Below are positions 61,501-64,000 of a stretch of DNA of 64,000 nucleotides, piece by piece. Origin of the DNA: Pristiophorus japonicus. Lineage: Eukaryota. The stretch lies in NCBI RefSeq assembly GCF_044704955.1, contig NC_091995.1:53382001-53446000 (forward strand), given 5' to 3'. The position numbers and the translations under genes are program-made. Positions within the stretch are counted from its first letter, which is position 1; each line of letters opens with the position of its first letter. The notes under the pieces were generated by a model. The model saw only the letters and a program-made list of their open reading frames with translations. It searched no databases and was not told the DNA's origin.

Positions 61501-64000
61501 CCCCTCCCACAGTGCAGCAGTTCCTCAGGACTGGCCTTCCCACAGTGCAGCACTCCCTCAGCACTGTCGCTCCAAAAGTGCACCACTCCTTCAGGACTGC
61601 CCCTCCGACAGTGCAGCGCTCCCTCAGTACTGCACCTCCCACAGTGCAGCACCCCCTCAGTCCTGCAACTCCGACAGTGCAGCCTTCCCTCAGTCCTGCA
61701 ACTCCGACAGTGCAGCGCTCCCTCAGTACTGCCCCTCCGACAGTGTAGCATTCCCTCAGTGGTGCCCCTCCGACAGTGCAGCGCTCCCTCAGTACTGCCC
61801 CTCCGACAGTGCAGCAGTCTCTCAGTACTGCCCCTCCGACAGTGCAGCGCTCCCTCAGTACTGCCCCTCCGACAGCGCAGCACTCCCTCAGTACTGCCCC
61901 TCCGACACTGCAGCATTCCCGCTGTACTGCCCATCCGACAGTGCAGCAGTTCCTCAGGACTGGCCTTCCCACAGTGCAGCACTCCCTCAGTACTGTCGCT
62001 CCAAAAGTGCACCACTCCTTCAGGACTGCCCCTCCGACAGTGCAGCGCTCCCTCAGTACTGCCCCTCCAACAGTGCAGCACTTCCTCAGTACTGCACCTC
62101 CCACAGTGCAGCATCCCCTCAGTCCTGCAACTCCGACAGTGCAGCCTTCCCTCAGTCCTGCAACTCCGACAGTGCAGGGCTCCCTCAGTACTGCCCCTCC
62201 AACAATGCGGCGCTCCCTCAGTACTGCACCTCCGACAGTGCGGCGCTCCCTCAGTACTGCCCCTCCGACAGTGCAGCACTCCCTCAGTACTGCCCCTCCG
62301 ACACTGTGGCGCTCCCTCAGTACTGCCCCTCCAACAGCGCAGCACTCCCTCACTACTGCCCCTCCGACAGCGCAGCACTCCCTCAGTACTGCCCCTCCGA
62401 CACTGCAGCATTCCCTCATTGGTGCCCCTCCGACAGTGCAGCAGTCCCTCAGTACTGCCCCTCTGACAGTGCGGTGTTCCCTCGTACTGCCCCTCCGACA
62501 GTGCGGCACTCCCTCAATACTACCTCTCCGACTGTGCAAATCTCTCCAAGTAGTACCCCTCCAACAGTGCAGCGTCCCTCAGTGCTGCCCCTCCGACAGT
62601 GAGGCGCTCCCTCAGTACAGTGCCCTCCGACAGCGCAGCGCCCCCTCAGTGCTGCCCCTCCCACAGTGTAGCACTCCTTCAGTACTGCCCCTTCGACAGT
62701 GCAGCATTCCCTCACTACTGCGCCTCCTGCAGTGCAGCGCTCCCGCAGTACTGCCCTGCCGACAGTGCAGCGCTCTCTCAGTACTGCGTCTCCTGCAGTG
62801 CAGCACTCCCTCAGTATTGCCCATCCAACAATGCGGCGCTCCCTCAGTACTGCACCTCCGACAGTGCGGCGCTCCCTCAGTACTGCACCTCCGACAGTGC
62901 GGCGCTCCCTCAGTACTGCCCCTCCGACAGTGCAGCACTCCCTCAGTAATGCCCCTCCGACAGTGCAGCTGTCTCTCAGTACTGCCCCTCCGACAGTGCA
63001 GCGCTCCCTCAGTACTGCCCCTCCTACAGCGCAGCACTCCCTCACTACTGCCCCTCCGACAGTGCAGCGCTCCCTCAGTAATGCCCCTCCGACAGCGCAG
63101 CACTCCCTCAGTACTGCCCCTCCGACACTGGAGCATTCCCTCAGTACTGCCCCTCCAACAGTGTAGCATTCCCTCAGTGGTGCCCCTCCGACAGTGCAGC
63201 GCTCCCTCAGTACTGCCCCTCCGACAGTGCAGCAGTCTCTCAGTACTGCCCCTCCGACAGTGCAGCGCTCCCTCAGTACTGCCCCTCTGACAGCGCAGCA
63301 CTCCCTCAGTACTGCCCCTCCGACACTGCAGCATTCCCGCTGTACTGCCCCTCCGACAGTGCAGCAGTTCCTCAGGACTGGCCTTCCCACAGTGCAGCAC
63401 TCCCTCAGTACTGTCGCTCCAAAAGTGCACCACTCCTTCAGGACTGCCCCTCCGACAGTGCAGCGCTCCCTCAGTACTGCCCCTCCAACAGTGCAGCACT
63501 TCCTCAGTACTGCACCTCCCACAGTGCAGCATCCCCTCAGTCCTGCAACTCCGACAGTGCAGCCTTCCCTCAGTCCTGCAACTCCGACAGTGCAGGGCTC
63601 CCTCAGTACTGCCCCTCCAACAATGCGGCGCTCCCTCAGTACTGCACCTCCGACAGTGCGGCGCTCCCTCAGTACTGCCCCTCCGACAGTGCAGCACTCC
63701 CTCAGTACTGCCCCTCCGACACTGTGGCGCTCCCTCAGTACTGCCCCTCCAACAGCGCAGCACTCCCTCACTACTGCCCCTCCGACAGCGCAGCACTCCC
63801 TCAGTACTGCCCCTCCGACACTGCAGCATTCCCTCATTGGTGCCCCTCCGACAGTGCAGCAGTCCCTCAGTACTGCCCCTCTGACAGTGCGGTGTTCCCT
63901 CGTACTGCCCCTCCGACAGTGCGGCACTCCCTCAATACTACCTCTCCGACTGTGCAAATCTCTCCATGTAGTACCCCTCCAACAGTGCAGCGTCCCTCAG

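Larger units (their letters stand above)
29189..64000 (+). repeat. 33-bp satellite array, segment 4
   Basis: Uninterrupted 33-bp periodicity to the right edge of the window. No non-satellite insert was seen. Confidence 0.97.

Noticed and set aside
11-63957. Hundreds of long ORFs resembling mucins, keratin-associated or zinc-finger-like Cys/His repeat proteins
   Set aside because: They are overlapping translations of the same 33-bp unit in five frames, broken by random stops and frameshifts, with no preferred frame, unique domain or exon structure.
1-64000. CRISPR array (33-bp repeat with an internal palindrome)
   Set aside because: Units are head-to-tail with no unique spacers, there are no cas genes, and the context is eukaryotic (CR1 LINE, snRNA fragments).

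Overview
Eukaryotic DNA, probably from a cartilaginous fish (inferred from the CR1 3' end and the repeat type), with no supportable host gene. About 95% of the window is one uninverted, C-rich satellite array with a 33-bp monomer (consensus CTCCCTCAGTACTGCCCCTCCGACAGTGCAG[C/G]A/G, containing the palindrome CAGTACTG). The array is organised into irregular higher-order repeats and near-identical 0.9-2.4 kb duplicated blocks. Nearly all ORFs in the track are artefacts of this 11-codon monomer, which is stop-free in 5 of 6 frames. Only three non-satellite inserts are present. (1) A 5'-truncated, minus-strand CR1-clade LINE at 26564-29188 with partial APE endonuclease, RT, one frameshift, a 3' hairpin and a (TCTATGTT)3 tail. 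(2, 3) Two apparently identical 348-bp poly(A)-tailed elements at 20245-20592 and 22694-23041, copied by a 2449-bp tandem duplication. The 348-bp element is the main discovery. It is a mosaic of spliceosomal snRNA modules: U2 5' end / U1 5' end with stem-loop I / second U1 loop I / U2 Sm-like site with two stem-loop III-like hairpins and stem-loop IV / second U2 5' end / structured tail / poly(A). It is inserted without a TSD at the centre of the satellite's AGT^ACT palindrome. It resembles the SINEU class of snRNA-headed SINEs known from crocodilians and may be an undescribed family. All snRNA and SINE comparisons were made by eye against sequences recalled from memory and need database confirmation.
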